A stretch of DNA of 64,000 bases from a virus. Position 1 is the first letter of the stretch. The number at the start of each line of letters is the position of its first letter. A program made the position numbers and the translations under genes. The stretch lies in the IMG/VR virus record IMGVR_UViG_3300030398_000007. One strand, written 5' to 3'. Below, in pieces: positions 7,659 through 18,343 of this stretch. The notes beneath the pieces were generated by a model. That model searched no databases. It saw nothing but the letters and a program-made list of their open reading frames with translations, and was not told the DNA's origin.

Positions 7659-7740
7659 AAAACATTATCAATTATTTGTTGCAATTTATAAAAATGGTGA
7701 TATCTATAAATAAAGATATCTTTGTCTCAAAGGAGCAATT

Positions 7741-10700
7741 ATGCAAAAGAAATTCTACGAAAAAACGAATTTAATGACGAAATTTTTATTGTATCTTTTG
7801 TCTTTTCAGTTAATCTTTTTTCCGCTTGAAGCCGAAGCTTTTCCTCACAGTGGAAAAATCGTCAATGGAGCAGGACAAATTAGCGTCAATAAAAACGCTA
7901 TGACGGTCATTCAAAAAACTGCTTCATTGTCAATTAATTGGTCCAGTTTCAATTTGGCAGCCAATCAGATATTAAAATTCATTCAGCCAAATACAAATTC
8001 TGTTGTTTTTAATAATATTTATGGAAATTCGGCTTCAACGATTTTAGGTATTTTGCAGGCGAACGGCCATGTTTGGCTTATGAACCCGTACGGAATTATT
8101 TTTGGCAGAAACGCTCAAATCAATGTCGGTGGGATTGTTGCTGGTGGGCTCGCGTTAGAAAACGGCACCCTGTATGGAAATGGCAGTGTCGTCAATAATG
8201 GAAACATTACGGTAGGAAAAAATGGCGAACTGGCGCTTCTTGGACGAACGGTCTCCAATGCGGGATCTCTCTATTCTGTAGACGGAACCATTCTGTTGGA
8301 GGGAGGCTCCTCTTTTTCAAAAAACGGAAACACATTTCTTATTCAAAATAACGCCTCCGGAAACAGTGTCACAAATTCCGGCAATATTACGAACAATTCT
8401 GGAACGATATTACTAAAGGCCGGAACAAAAGATTCTTTGTTCGCTTCTTCTGTCAATACAACTGGAACAATTATAGACCATTCTGTCGGTTCCGATATCG
8501 GGAACGTTACACTTATTTCGGGTTTGTCTGCCGGAACAACAACTGTCGGAGGAACAATTGATCTGACGCCGGCCGGAACGGGGAATGGTGGTATGCTCGA
8601 CACCTCCGGGAATCGTGTCAACGTTCTGACCGGAACACGTATTTTGACAGACGGAATGAATGGAACAAACGGTATGTGGATAATGGATCCAGCCAGCTTT
8701 TACATTGGTAAAAATACCGGGTCTCCTAATTCAACAGACGGCAACAAAACTGGATATGAGGATATTTCTGGTTCTCAATTAAGTGCTGATTTGTCCACTT
8801 CTTCCATAACGATCGACAGCACGAATGGATCGGGCGGCACTCTAGGGAATGTTTACGTCAACGCACCAATTTCCTGGTCGTCTGGAAACACATTGACGTT
8901 AAACGCTGTCAACAATATCGAGATCAATGCCCCAATCACCAATACGTCAGCATATTCTCCGACAAAAACATTGACCACAGGCGTAACGATTCCAAATACC
9001 CCATTGTTGACACTCAGGTCTGACGACATGTCTCTCGGAGGAACAGAAAATGCCGGCACGGCATGGAACGGGACGTCGCTGACAGGCGTTCCTTCCGGCG
9101 TTGGAACGGTGGCCTTCAATTCCGGAGGCTCGCTCGATATCAACGGCCCGGTCAGTATTTATTACAACCCGACGAACTACATGACGCCCACGACATTTTC
9201 GAATTCCGGCACCGGAACCGTCACAAGTTACATGCTCGTTTCGTCTCCGGAAGATTTCTATTACCTGGATCAGAATCAGAATGCGACGATTCTTGCCAAT
9301 AGCTACGCCATGAATACCAATATTCAATTGCCTTCACCGACGTCGTCTTCCCTGACTGGTGCAGATTTGGCACAGGTTGAATGGGCAACGGCACAAAATG
9401 GATACACCTATTCGGCCGGTTCCTCTACAAACTCCAACTGGACACGGTTTGGAAGTTCTTCAGCGCAATTCTCGGGCAATTTTGACGGATTGGACAACAC
9501 ATTGTCCGGGCTGAACATGACCGACAATGTTCATACAACAATGGGCTTTTTGGGTGGCGCTTCTGGCTTTATTGAAAATACGATAATTGACGCTCCGGTT
9601 ATCAACATGGATTACAATACGACCAGCAGTAATTTTCTTGTTTATGACGGAATCGTTGGTTTTGGAAACGAACTGTATGGAATAAATGTCAAAAATTTGT
9701 CCATGAACCTTATAGAAAATGACACTGGGTACCTTTCTTATTTTACTTCTTTTACCGGAGGAATTGCTGGTAGCGCTGGGCTGATTGCCAACAGCAAATC
9801 GTCAGGGAACATTAATTCTACAATGACCGGAAACCAGTTAAATTATACACAGGCTGGCATTTATCTTGGTGGGCTTGTTGGATACGGAAAAAACATTATT
9901 TCCAGTTCTTCCAGTCTTTCTATGTCAAATGACGCTCCAAGTACATACGTGAACAATAATTATTTTGGTGGCTTGGGGGGTTATTTATACGGTGGGAACA
10001 TACTGGATTCTTACAGCTCTGGAAGCCTGACACTTGCAACTCCATTGTCGTTTGAAAGCAATATTGGCGGGTTGGCAGGTGGTACTGATAACACCACTGT
10101 CAACAATAGCTACAGCACGTCCGTTTTGGATATGACTCAGACTCAACAAGCTTCCACTTATTTCGGAGGACTTTTAGGGGATATATATGGTTCAACCACT
10201 ATAAATAATAGTTATTACAATGGTCTAATAGAAAACCAAACGAGTCATTCTTCTAGTGGATCCATTTCTAGAATTGGTGGAATAATCGGCTTTTCTTATG
10301 TCGCTCCAGCCAAAATCTCCAACGACTATGCCGTCGCTGTTGTATCTGGATTTAGTGGTACGCCGACAATTGGGGGAATTTTTGGAGAAACGGGTTCTGG
10401 ACAAGTCGATTTTTCGCATTCAACCTTCGATAGTTCTACGTCTGGAACAACAGCTGCCATTGGTTTAAACACAGGGGCAACAATAACCGGAACAATATCG
10501 TCGTTTACAACAACCCAATTGCCTTCCGGATTCGTTTTTCCATTTTCTCTTAACACTTGGCAAAATGGTCAATATCAATCGAATGTTTCGACAAATCCAT
10601 GGGTGGAAGGACAGATTTCCGTTCAGGGTGTAAATTACAATGCGCCCATATTGATTCCTGACACGGCAACGGACACCGTTACATTAAAGAACTCGACATA

Positions 10701-11196
10701 TCCATACACAGGTTCGCCATACACTCCTTCAAGCAGCCAGTTGACCCAAACAGTGACCTTTGAGGGGTGGCCGTCCAGTCTCTCAACGATTCCCGTTTCC
10801 GAATTTTCGGTTTCGCCGCAATCCGTGCAACCAGGAACGTATTTGTTGACGCCATTGCCGAGCGGTTACACCCCACTGTTCCAGACGGATATTGGACAAT
10901 TTGTTGAAATGCCAGGTTCTGTCACGATTCTGCCAAAACCAGTTCAGAATCCTGGCCCGGTTCAGAACCCGGTTCAACAACTGCCACCTGTCAATAACAA
11001 CAAGCTTGTCGACACAGATAACACGATCGAAGCATACATAACGGATTCCATGGCACAATCCGGGCAGGACAACAAAGTGGGGTATTTTGGCCTGGACACG
11101 GTTGTTCAGCCAGTCAATGTTTTTGCTATTGGACTTCCGGCTTTTGTGTATACGGGAGTGAATGACGGAACAGTATCGACAACACAAGAAAAATGA
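7741..11196 (+). CDS. TpsA-type large exoprotein / filamentous hemagglutinin-like adhesin (TPS domain + N/G/S/T-rich repeats)
   Basis: N-terminal signal, then a TPS secretion domain (NPYGIIFG...INVGG). Partner TpsB immediately upstream. 1151 aa. Confidence 0.8.
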   Translation: MQKKFYEKTNLMTKFLLYLLSFQLIFFPLEAEAFPHSGKIVNGAGQISVNKNAMTVIQKTASLSINWSSFNLAANQILKFIQPNTNSVVFNNIYGNSASTILGILQANGHVWLMNPYGIIFGRNAQINVGGIVAGGLALENGTLYGNGSVVNNGNITVGKNGELALLGRTVSNAGSLYSVDGTILLEGGSSFSKNGNTFLIQNNASGNSVTNSGNITNNSGTILLKAGTKDSLFASSVNTTGTIIDHSVGSDIGNVTLISGLSAGTTTVGGTIDLTPAGTGNGGMLDTSGNRVNVLTGTRILTDGMNGTNGMWIMDPASFYIGKNTGSPNSTDGNKTGYEDISGSQLSADLSTSSITIDSTNGSGGTLGNVYVNAPISWSSGNTLTLNAVNNIEINAPITNTSAYSPTKTLTTGVTIPNTPLLTLRSDDMSLGGTENAGTAWNGTSLTGVPSGVGTVAFNSGGSLDINGPVSIYYNPTNYMTPTTFSNSGTGTVTSYMLVSSPEDFYYLDQNQNATILANSYAMNTNIQLPSPTSSSLTGADLAQVEWATAQNGYTYSAGSSTNSNWTRFGSSSAQFSGNFDGLDNTLSGLNMTDNVHTTMGFLGGASGFIENTIIDAPVINMDYNTTSSNFLVYDGIVGFGNELYGINVKNLSMNLIENDTGYLSYFTSFTGGIAGSAGLIANSKSSGNINSTMTGNQLNYTQAGIYLGGLVGYGKNIISSSSSLSMSNDAPSTYVNNNYFGGLGGYLYGGNILDSYSSGSLTLATPLSFESNIGGLAGGTDNTTVNNSYSTSVLDMTQTQQASTYFGGLLGDIYGSTTINNSYYNGLIENQTSHSSSGSISRIGGIIGFSYVAPAKISNDYAVAVVSGFSGTPTIGGIFGETGSGQVDFSHSTFDSSTSGTTAAIGLNTGATITGTISSFTTTQLPSGFVFPFSLNTWQNGQYQSNVSTNPWVEGQISVQGVNYNAPILIPDTATDTVTLKNSTYPYTGSPYTPSSSQLTQTVTFEGWPSSLSTIPVSEFSVSPQSVQPGTYLLTPLPSGYTPLFQTDIGQFVEMPGSVTILPKPVQNPGPVQNPVQQLPPVNNNKLVDTDNTIEAYITDSMAQSGQDNKVGYFGLDTVVQPVNVFAIGLPAFVYTGVNDGTVSTTQEK

Positions 11197-11394
11197 AAGA
11201 CGAAAACATGGACAATCGAGACGATTCAAGAATAAGAGGATCCATGCTTGGCGAATTTATGGGACAAGTGGCATTCCGACAAAGGGGCAATCAGCTGTAA
11301 TAGAGTCGGTTCCAAAAAACAGATCAAAAGAATGGTGGCCGAAAAACGGGCATGCGTTGCTGGAAAAATTGCTGACGATAAATGGCGAATAAAG

Positions 11395-11745
11395 TTATTC
11401 TTTGCACGGAAAAATTGCCGATTTTGTTTTTTTATTTTTCAATTCGTCTGACTTCGGAAATCGTCCAGTTGCAAGACAAAATCCTGAAACGTTCTTAAGT
11501 GTTTGTCCGGTGAGTTCTCTTATTTTTTGTGGAAGAATATTCCCTCCATGGCGTTCAAAATCTTCCTTGAACGTACGAATAATAACCGAAATCCCTCTAA
11601 TGAGATCAAAGTTGTTTTGACCGTCGCATGACCACTTTAATTTTTCTGTCAATCCAATCAATTGCGTTATCTGGTTTTTTGAAACTGCCGGGCAATCTAC
11701 GTACACCGCATACAACGCCTCTAAGGCACATATAGCTACAGGCAA
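11395..11745 (-). CDS. Member of the novel paralog family with conserved C-terminal motif (FCLATGRFPKSDEL)
   Basis: C-terminus matches the tail of the 17210-17989 protein (FCLTTGRFPKRKEL) and the GRLP family. Confidence 0.45.
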   Translation of the reverse strand: MPVAICALEALYAVYVDCPAVSKNQITQLIGLTEKLKWSCDGQNNFDLIRGISVIIRTFKEDFERHGGNILPQKIRELTGQTLKNVSGFCLATGRFPKSDELKNKKTKSAIFPCKE

Positions 11746-11752
11746 TGGCCAA

Positions 11753-12055
11753 TCAGGAAAAAAGAGGAATGTTGAGGGCGTTGTATAAAAAAATAACGCA
11801 ATTCATTTTCTGAAACTGGATACGACAAAAATGTATATCCGGACCCACACAAAAATTGATTTGAGGGGATCGAACGTTGTCACGAATGGCGACGCAAAAA
11901 GGAGCTTCCTGGTCTATCCGCGAAAGATAGATCCGTCCAATTTCGTTTTTAAACCGAGCCGGAAAGCGACTTTCGTGCGATTTTTTGTCCGACAGAAAAA
12001 ACTCTTTTCCGAACATGTAAATTTTTTGCTCGTTCATATTTAGATTTTCTGTCAC
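11753..12055 (-). CDS. Hypothetical protein
   Basis: ORF only. Confidence 0.3.
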   Translation of the reverse strand: MTENLNMNEQKIYMFGKEFFLSDKKSHESRFPARFKNEIGRIYLSRIDQEAPFCVAIRDNVRSPQINFCVGPDIHFCRIQFQKMNCVIFLYNALNIPLFS

Positions 12056-12435
12056 AAATATCCACCATGGCTATTACTTGTTGCCATTTTTTTTTCGTCA
12101 GCAACAGATACTTGTACTAATTGTCTGTTCTTGATTGCCTCAAGTTGTCCGATTTGTTGATCGAGTAATCCCCTGAGCATTTTGGCGCCCTCCAGAGACA
12201 GAACAAATCCGCCGACGATCAATCGCTCGTTGATAGGTACAAATGGCGTTTCAATTGTTCCTTGGGGGGTGCTTGGAGTTATGTTCGCCCGGACTTCCAT
12301 ACCGGCATGTCGTGTGCGTTCAACGAACAGTTCCAGGACAAAGGTGTCTGGTCCTGTCGGACCGCAATAAGCGCCGGTGACGGGTTTGTGGTCAAAAATA
12401 TTTGGATAAATGACTTCTGTTTGGACTTTGTTCAT
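12052..12435 (-). CDS. Hypothetical protein
   Basis: ORF with 4-nt overlap to the downstream gene (operon-like). Confidence 0.35.
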   Translation of the reverse strand: MNKVQTEVIYPNIFDHKPVTGAYCGPTGPDTFVLELFVERTRHAGMEVRANITPSTPQGTIETPFVPINERLIVGGFVLSLEGAKMLRGLLDQQIGQLEAIKNRQLVQVSVADEKKMATSNSHGGYL

Positions 12436-12559
12436 GGCTCCTCCTTTAAAATATATTGTAACATGAAGTTTTATTCAGGACTCCTTGACAATTTGTCTTG
12501 CGTCTCTCATGTCTTCCATTTTTACTCCTTTGAATTCATACAAAACTTAATGAGTGTCC

Positions 12560-12877
12560 TTAAACCGTTATCTCAAAAGGAATCGTTTTAATCGTTTCTT
12601 CATAGGCAAAAACAATATCCTTAATAGATAGACTCGGGCAGGCTTTCTGAAATGATTCCAGGGAATTTTCTTTAATGGGCGTTTCCCAGGCCAAATCAAT
12701 AGCGAGATCTTGGTCATAATTGTAAAAAGCTTCCCGGAGAATATCCACTGTGTCCTGACTTTCCACTGGTAAAATCTTTTTTATCGCTTCCGAGAGCTTG
12801 TTAGCAATAATGGTGGTTAAGTTTGAAGAAAATTCAAAGATCTGGTCTTCATTCAATTTAGATAAGTCCGGAAACAT
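12560..12877 (-). CDS. Hypothetical protein
   Basis: ORF only. Confidence 0.3.
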   Translation of the reverse strand: MFPDLSKLNEDQIFEFSSNLTTIIANKLSEAIKKILPVESQDTVDILREAFYNYDQDLAIDLAWETPIKENSLESFQKACPSLSIKDIVFAYEETIKTIPFEITV

Positions 12878-12926
12878 AGTCTTTTCTCCATAACTAGAAG
12901 GTTTTTTTATTGAGAGTTTTCAATGC

Positions 12927-13601
12927 CTATATTTTATACTCAGCATGAAATTTTTTATGAAATTTTTTATCACCCCCATTCTGACTCAGACCTTCCAGGC
13001 AAACCTCGTCAAGATAGGCTTTTTCAGTATATTTTTTAGACAAATAAGAAGCCAAAAAATATCCCAAAGACCAAATAAAAAGGAACCAAAAAAAGAACGA
13101 ATAGATTTTGGAGTCTATTGGATCCATTTCTCGACCTGGAATGAGAATACCAGCTGATCCGGCGACAAAACTAACGAGTGCCAACATGTTTCTGGCCCCT
13201 TCTGTTTCGTTTTTTTTCTCTGGAAATCCGTATAAAAACAACATGTACTCTTTTCTTGTGGGGATTAAGCTCTTTGGTGCAAAAGAGCAAACGGCTGAGT
13301 AGATTTCAGAGTCCGAGAATCCATTTTTTTTAAGTTCCGAGATCTTTCCCATACATAATTCAAGATAAGAAACTATCTGGGCATGCCTAACTCGGGCAAG
13401 ATCAAGTCTCGTGGATTTGGAATTTTCGGCTTGTCGTTTTTCTTCTATTTTTTGCTCAACAAACGTTTGGAAATTTTCTTCAGTCATTGTTTTCTCCATA
13501 TCTAAATTTTTCTCCGCACCACCTAATTTGCAGAAACTCCAATGCCATACAACTCTTTGCAACTGGATTTCCCTTCCGTTTTTAGTCTGGATCACAATCA
13601 A
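12927..13601 (-). CDS. Hypothetical membrane protein (C-terminal TM segments)
   Basis: Hydrophobic C-terminal stretches in the ORF. Confidence 0.35.
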   Translation of the reverse strand: MIVIQTKNGREIQLQRVVWHWSFCKLGGAEKNLDMEKTMTEENFQTFVEQKIEEKRQAENSKSTRLDLARVRHAQIVSYLELCMGKISELKKNGFSDSEIYSAVCSFAPKSLIPTRKEYMLFLYGFPEKKNETEGARNMLALVSFVAGSAGILIPGREMDPIDSKIYSFFFWFLFIWSLGYFLASYLSKKYTEKAYLDEVCLEGLSQNGGDKKFHKKFHAEYKI

Positions 13602-13865
13602 CTTTGTATATTATATCATTTAAACGGGTCTAAAACAACCCCCGTTACAATTGTTTTTTAATTGTTTTTTAAATGTTTTTTACCCAATAAAACCATGAGA
13701 AATAACGGAAATAATTTCCAAGTTTTTTAAAACATTTTTATGAAAATGTTTTTTTGGATCAAAATAAACCCATTCTTCCAATTTTTCCTCCGATATTGTA
13801 TAGTTTATACATATGCTGGATTTTAACATTTTGGTCTTTTAAAAACAAGAAACAAGAGGTCTTTT

Positions 13866-16255
13866 ATGGGCGGAAAAGCCATTAAGCCATTAGCAGAAAA
13901 ACTCGGACGGCCAATCGTCAGACTTTCAAAACAGGGGATCGATCAAATCCAGGACCATATTTCTTTCAGACTTGGAATTCCTTTGATTCAACCAAAATCA
14001 TTTCCGACAAAATCAGATTTTGGGGATTTGGATCTGCTTGGGCAATTTTCAGGAATGAATCCTCAAGTCATACAGGAAAGAATTGGTTCTGTCGGGTTTG
14101 TCCAAAATGGCCCAGTCACAAGCTTTGCCATGCCTGTCGGAGAAAGTTTGTTCCAGGTTGATCTGATTAACGTGCCAGCAAACAAGATTGAATTCACCTC
14201 ACGATATATGGCTTGGGGCGGAGCTGGAAACTTTTTGGGAAAGATTGCGCGGTTTTACGGAATGAAACTTTCAGACGACGCCTTGTATGCCGCCTACAAG
14301 GTTTCAGGAGACAGACATTATCTTCCAATTACAAAAATTTTTTCAGAAGCTCTTGAAATTTTAGGATATGACTATGAAAAATTCGAAAAGGGCTTTTCTT
14401 CAGAACAGGATTTTTTAAAATATGTCAAGGACGGAAAGCTTTTCAAAGAAGAAGCGTTCCTTATTGAAAATTTTCGACACAAAGACCGGGTAAGAGAACG
14501 AAAACGTCCAGCTTTTAAAGAAATTGTTGTTCAAAAAAACACGGTGCTTGAAGGTGAAAAAGAGGAAAAATATTTGACTGAAGACGAATTTAACAAATTA
14601 TCTTTGCGGTACCCGTTACTCAAAGAATCGTTGGTTTTGTTACATAAAAAATTGCAGGAGGAAAAAGACTTCAGCAAAAAATGGAATGGAACCCTGGTCT
14701 CAAACATTACCGGACTTGAGAAGAAAGAGCTTGGTGATTTTATGAGGGATTTTACTTCAAGATTCCATTCTTCCTCTGATTTTCGCAATTGGGTTAAAAG
14801 GACTCCTGATTCAAGTATTCGTTTGGAAATCCTCTCCGAGTATGCGTTCAAGGGAACAAGAGACGATCTGGAACTCCATGTCGTTGGCGGAGCCGTCAGA
14901 AACGCGATTCTTGGGCTAAAGGTCAAGGACATTGACTACGTCGTTTTAGGAGAAACGCGCGAGTCCATGCTTCAAAAAGGGTTTACACTTGTCGGAAAAG
15001 ACTTTCCGGTATTCCTTGGTCCGGACGGACGAGAATATGCTCTGGCCAGAAGAGAACGCCAAACAGGTCATGGTCATACGGCCTTCGACGTCGACACCCG
15101 AAACGTGACACTGGAAGAAGACCTTTACCGGAGGGATCTGACCATAAATGCCATAGCTCTTTCCAGAACCGGAAGAGTAACGGATCCGTTTGGAGGAAGA
15201 GCCGATTTGGAAACAGGTATTTTGAGTAACGTTTCAGACCATTTTTCCGAAGACCCTCTACGTGTTTTGCGAGTGGCAAGATTTTATGCAATTCTCGGAA
15301 GCCACAAAGAGAATGTCAAAATCGCTCCGGAGCTTGAGCACATGTTGTCCTCGATCGTCAATGCAGGCGGATTGGATTCTTTGTCCAAAGAACGAATTTT
15401 TCAGGAGTTGTCCGGCTGTCTCAATACCGACAAGCCGTCATTGGCGCTGAATGTTCTTCATGAGTGTGGTGCACTGGCCAGAATCCTTCCGGAGGTGGCC
15501 AATCTGGACGGAGTGCCCCAATCCCCGCAATGGCACCCGGAAGGCGACGCCTTTGTCCATACGCTGCTGGTGGTCGACAAGGCTGCCGAAATGCACTCCC
15601 CTGCTCCGGTCCGCTTCGCCGCGCTGGTGCATGACGTCGGCAAGGGATTGACACCGAAAGAATTGCTGCCAAAACACCATGGCCACGAAAACAGAGGGGT
15701 TCCGCTTGTGGAGGAAATCTGTGAACGGCTCGGCGTTCCTTCCTCCTGGAAAAAACTGGCGCTGCAGTAACGGAAAATCACCTCAAGCTTCACAAGATTC
15801 CCGAATTAAAGCCAAAAACGATACACGATCTGCTTGAAATGATTGGCGGGTTAAAAAAGGACACACTGACATTCTTCGAGAACGTTATTGCCGCTTGTCG
15901 GGCGGACGATTATGGAAAAAACAGGTTCCAGGAATATCAGCCAGGCGTTTGGGCGAAAAAAATGTCGACGGCTGCCATGTCGATCACCGGAGAGACGCTG
16001 TTGCAAAAAGTGGCTGAAGCTTCGACCTGTGTCCGCGACGTGGACTCGGACGGTCTCGCGAACTACGGCCATAGTTCGGCCTCCGTTGCTTCGGACGTTG
16101 TCCTCGCGAATTCCGACCATAGAACGGTCTCCATTGAAAACGCAACTTGTCCGGAAGGAGAAGAATTTGGCCGAAGACTGCGGGAACTGAGGATTGGTGC
16201 AATCAGGCAACAGAAACATGAACTGAAAAGAATCCTGGAACGGAAACGTTCCTAG
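13866..16255 (+). CDS. cca: CCA-adding tRNA nucleotidyltransferase with HD domain and a ~300-aa N-terminal extension; frameshifted near 15765 (A6 tract)
   Basis: Pol-beta NTase head GGAVRNAILG...DIDYV, RRDLTINA, and HD motifs HTLLVVDKAAEM...ALVHDVGKG. After the stop at 15770 the -1 frame continues TENHLKLHKIPELKPKTIHDLLEMIGG, homologous to the E. coli Cca C-terminus. Confidence 0.7.
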
Positions 16256-16625
16256 TTTTTTGTTCGCAACATTGTTTTAGAGTACAATACTTTCAAAAAT
16301 GGAACATTCAGAAAATTTGTCTGGTGGAGGAAAACATTGACAGAATCAGAAAAAATACTCTTTAAAATTGCCGAAATCTCCAAAAACGCCAGTTTTTTTT
16401 CACCGTCTTTCATTTCAATCCGGAACTGCAATTTTCCACCTTCGGAAGATTCAACCAGGAATTCGTTTTCAGCCAGTTGTTTGCAGGTTGCGGTGAAATA
16501 TTTTGTCGACATATGATTTCTCCAATATTGAATGCTTGTTATTTAAAACCGACTGGCCTTTTTATTAAAAATATTATATTCTAAAAACAAGCTAAAAACA
16601 AAACAACAAAATCAAAGGAGGTCCA

Positions 16626-16763
16626 ATGGACACAAATGCTATTCACCATATTGGTCCCGGTTTCATATGGCTTGTGATTGCGCTTTTGTTCACGACGACG
16701 AGCTTGTTCGCTCTTGGAATTCTGTGGGCATTTGATTTGTGGACCTGGAAGTCTCAAAAATAA
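16626..16763 (+). CDS. Small membrane peptide (45 aa)
   Basis: Strong RBS AAAGGAGG, one hydrophobic TM, followed by a terminator. Confidence 0.4.
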   Translation: MDTNAIHHIGPGFIWLVIALLFTTTSLFALGILWAFDLWTWKSQK

Positions 16764-16781
16764 TATATTATAAATGTTTAA

Positions 16782-16811
16782 AAGGATCCCGTTATAGGGA
16801 TCCTTTTTTTG
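16782..16811 (+). terminator. Rho-independent terminator (aaaaggatccc-gttata-gggatccttttttt)
   Basis: Perfect hairpin plus T-run. Confidence 0.7.
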
Positions 16812-16852
16812 TTTACAGTTTTGTTTTACGAACAAATTAAGTGGAGTACGTT

Positions 16853-17134
16853 ATGGGATACAGTCATTACTGGACACAACGTCGATATTTTACAACGGAA
16901 GAATGGTCGAGCCTGACAAAAGACGTCAAGGTCCTCTTCGATTGTTTGCCACACGAGAAAGTTAAGGCTCCTGGTCATGGTTTTTTGGGCGGAATGAAAA
17001 TTGTTCAACCTGAAATTTGTGGTCCGTTTTCCAAAAAGAACCCGCCTGTCGTCAACGACGAAGAAATCGTGTTTGCCGACAAGAAAGATTACTGGAGAAC
17101 ACAAGTCTTTCGTTTAAACAGGACAACAGAATGA
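16853..17134 (+). CDS. Hypothetical protein
   Basis: ORF with GGAG RBS. Confidence 0.3.
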   Translation: MGYSHYWTQRRYFTTEEWSSLTKDVKVLFDCLPHEKVKAPGHGFLGGMKIVQPEICGPFSKKNPPVVNDEEIVFADKKDYWRTQVFRLNRTTE

Positions 17135-17209
17135 ACGAAGCCGATACATTAAAACAAAATGGCGGCTTGAGGACCAGGACAAAAATAAAAACGAAGAACG
17201 CGAGGAACG

Positions 17210-17989
17210 TTAACGTTCAGGTCCTTCAATAACAAGTTTTTTCTTTTCCAGACCAAGTTCTTTTCGCTTGGGGAATCGACCGGTCGTCAGGCAAAAAGAC
17301 GCGAGCGTTTTGACCGGAACGTCTGTCGGGATTGCCGAATCGTTCATGTTCCAAACGTTTTTGACGAAATCGGAAAAGAAAGGAATCTTTTTTCTTGTCG
17401 TCTCAAAAACTGTCAGCATGGAATAAAAAGTTCGGTCCAGCTCGCCTGGTTTAAATGAAGAAGAATCTATCAAACCGTTCGGTCGAATCGGCCAATCCAG
17501 CGTCTCAAGAATCTCGACGAATGCTGTGTTTATTGTTATTCTGGACAAGTCGATTTTGTCCGAGCCTTGAAACAGTTCCTGTTTCCATAAAGAAAAAACC
17601 ATATTCTCAGGCCAATTCCTGAAACTCGTTCCTGGCACTTGCTCCAGATCCAGGTTGTCTTTTGAATATTCCAGTTCAAGAATATAACGAGCTGGTTGGG
17701 TCCGAGGCTTTGCTGGCATTTTGTTGAGGTACAGATTCATTTTTGAGAACAAGGTCGAAGGAGTACTCTTCTTTTCGTGAATGAATGTCTTTTCAAATTC
17801 AGTCAAACGGCCGGACAAGAGAACAGTCCCATTTAGGCCAAGTCCGTCAAGAACAAAATCGGCTCTGTATCTTTGTTCTGAATTTGTAGAGCCATTGAAC
17901 GTCAGTTGTCGGCTTTTCTGGAACAACGGGATTGTTGTTTTGAATTCAGTAAAATGGCTCTCTCTTTGTGTGTCTTTGTTTGTTGCCAT
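17210..17989 (-). CDS. Member of the novel paralog family (C-terminal FCLTTGRFPKRKEL motif)
   Basis: Conserved C-terminal motif shared with 11395-11745 and related to the GRLP tails. Confidence 0.45.
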   Translation of the reverse strand: MATNKDTQRESHFTEFKTTIPLFQKSRQLTFNGSTNSEQRYRADFVLDGLGLNGTVLLSGRLTEFEKTFIHEKKSTPSTLFSKMNLYLNKMPAKPRTQPARYILELEYSKDNLDLEQVPGTSFRNWPENMVFSLWKQELFQGSDKIDLSRITINTAFVEILETLDWPIRPNGLIDSSSFKPGELDRTFYSMLTVFETTRKKIPFFSDFVKNVWNMNDSAIPTDVPVKTLASFCLTTGRFPKRKELGLEKKKLVIEGPER

Positions 17990-18089
17990 TGTGCTCTTTC
18001 TTTATTCCTGGATTGTCAAAACAGATTGTTTCGGCTAAGATAAAGCAATCTTACAACATAATCTAAAAAATCCAAAAGAAGGAGAAAAT

Positions 18090-18267
18090 AATGCTGCCAA
18101 TCCAGTATTATGTTGCCGCCAAAAGAACAGAACGACATTCTGTTTCAATAGCACTCGATCGTAAAGAAACAGACGATCTTCCTGGCGCTCCAATGGTTGT
18201 TATAATGGTTGCGTCTTTTCTCGTCTTCGCATTTCTGGTAGGTGTTCTGGCTTATAATCTGAGGTAA
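18090..18267 (+). CDS. Small membrane protein (58 aa)
   Basis: AAGGAG RBS, C-terminal TM, terminator immediately after. Confidence 0.4.
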
Positions 18268-18296
18268 AAAAAAGGGGCCAAAAGGCCCCTTTTTTG
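18268..18296 (+). terminator. Rho-independent terminator (aaaaaaaggggcc-aaaa-ggccccttttttt)
   Basis: Perfect hairpin plus T-run; may be bidirectional. Confidence 0.7.
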
Positions 18297-18343
18297 TATT
18301 TTGCGTTGTTTGTGTTCTCTTACACCTTTAAATATTGACCTTT

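Noticed and set aside
8343-9327. Minus-strand ORFs inside tpsA (8343-8621, 8853-9143, 8947-9327) and the 63-79-aa ORFs antisense to other long genes (e.g. 15421-15793 in cca, 41437-42317 in tnpB, 36376-36747 in hipA, 59935-61128 in cas2-3)
   Set aside because: They are typical antisense shadows of compositionally biased long genes; none has a start context or a domain signature.
11162-11392. Small basic ORF overlapping the 3' end of tpsA
   Set aside because: It is an out-of-frame overlap with a long gene with no RBS; lysine/arginine richness comes from the A-rich sequence.
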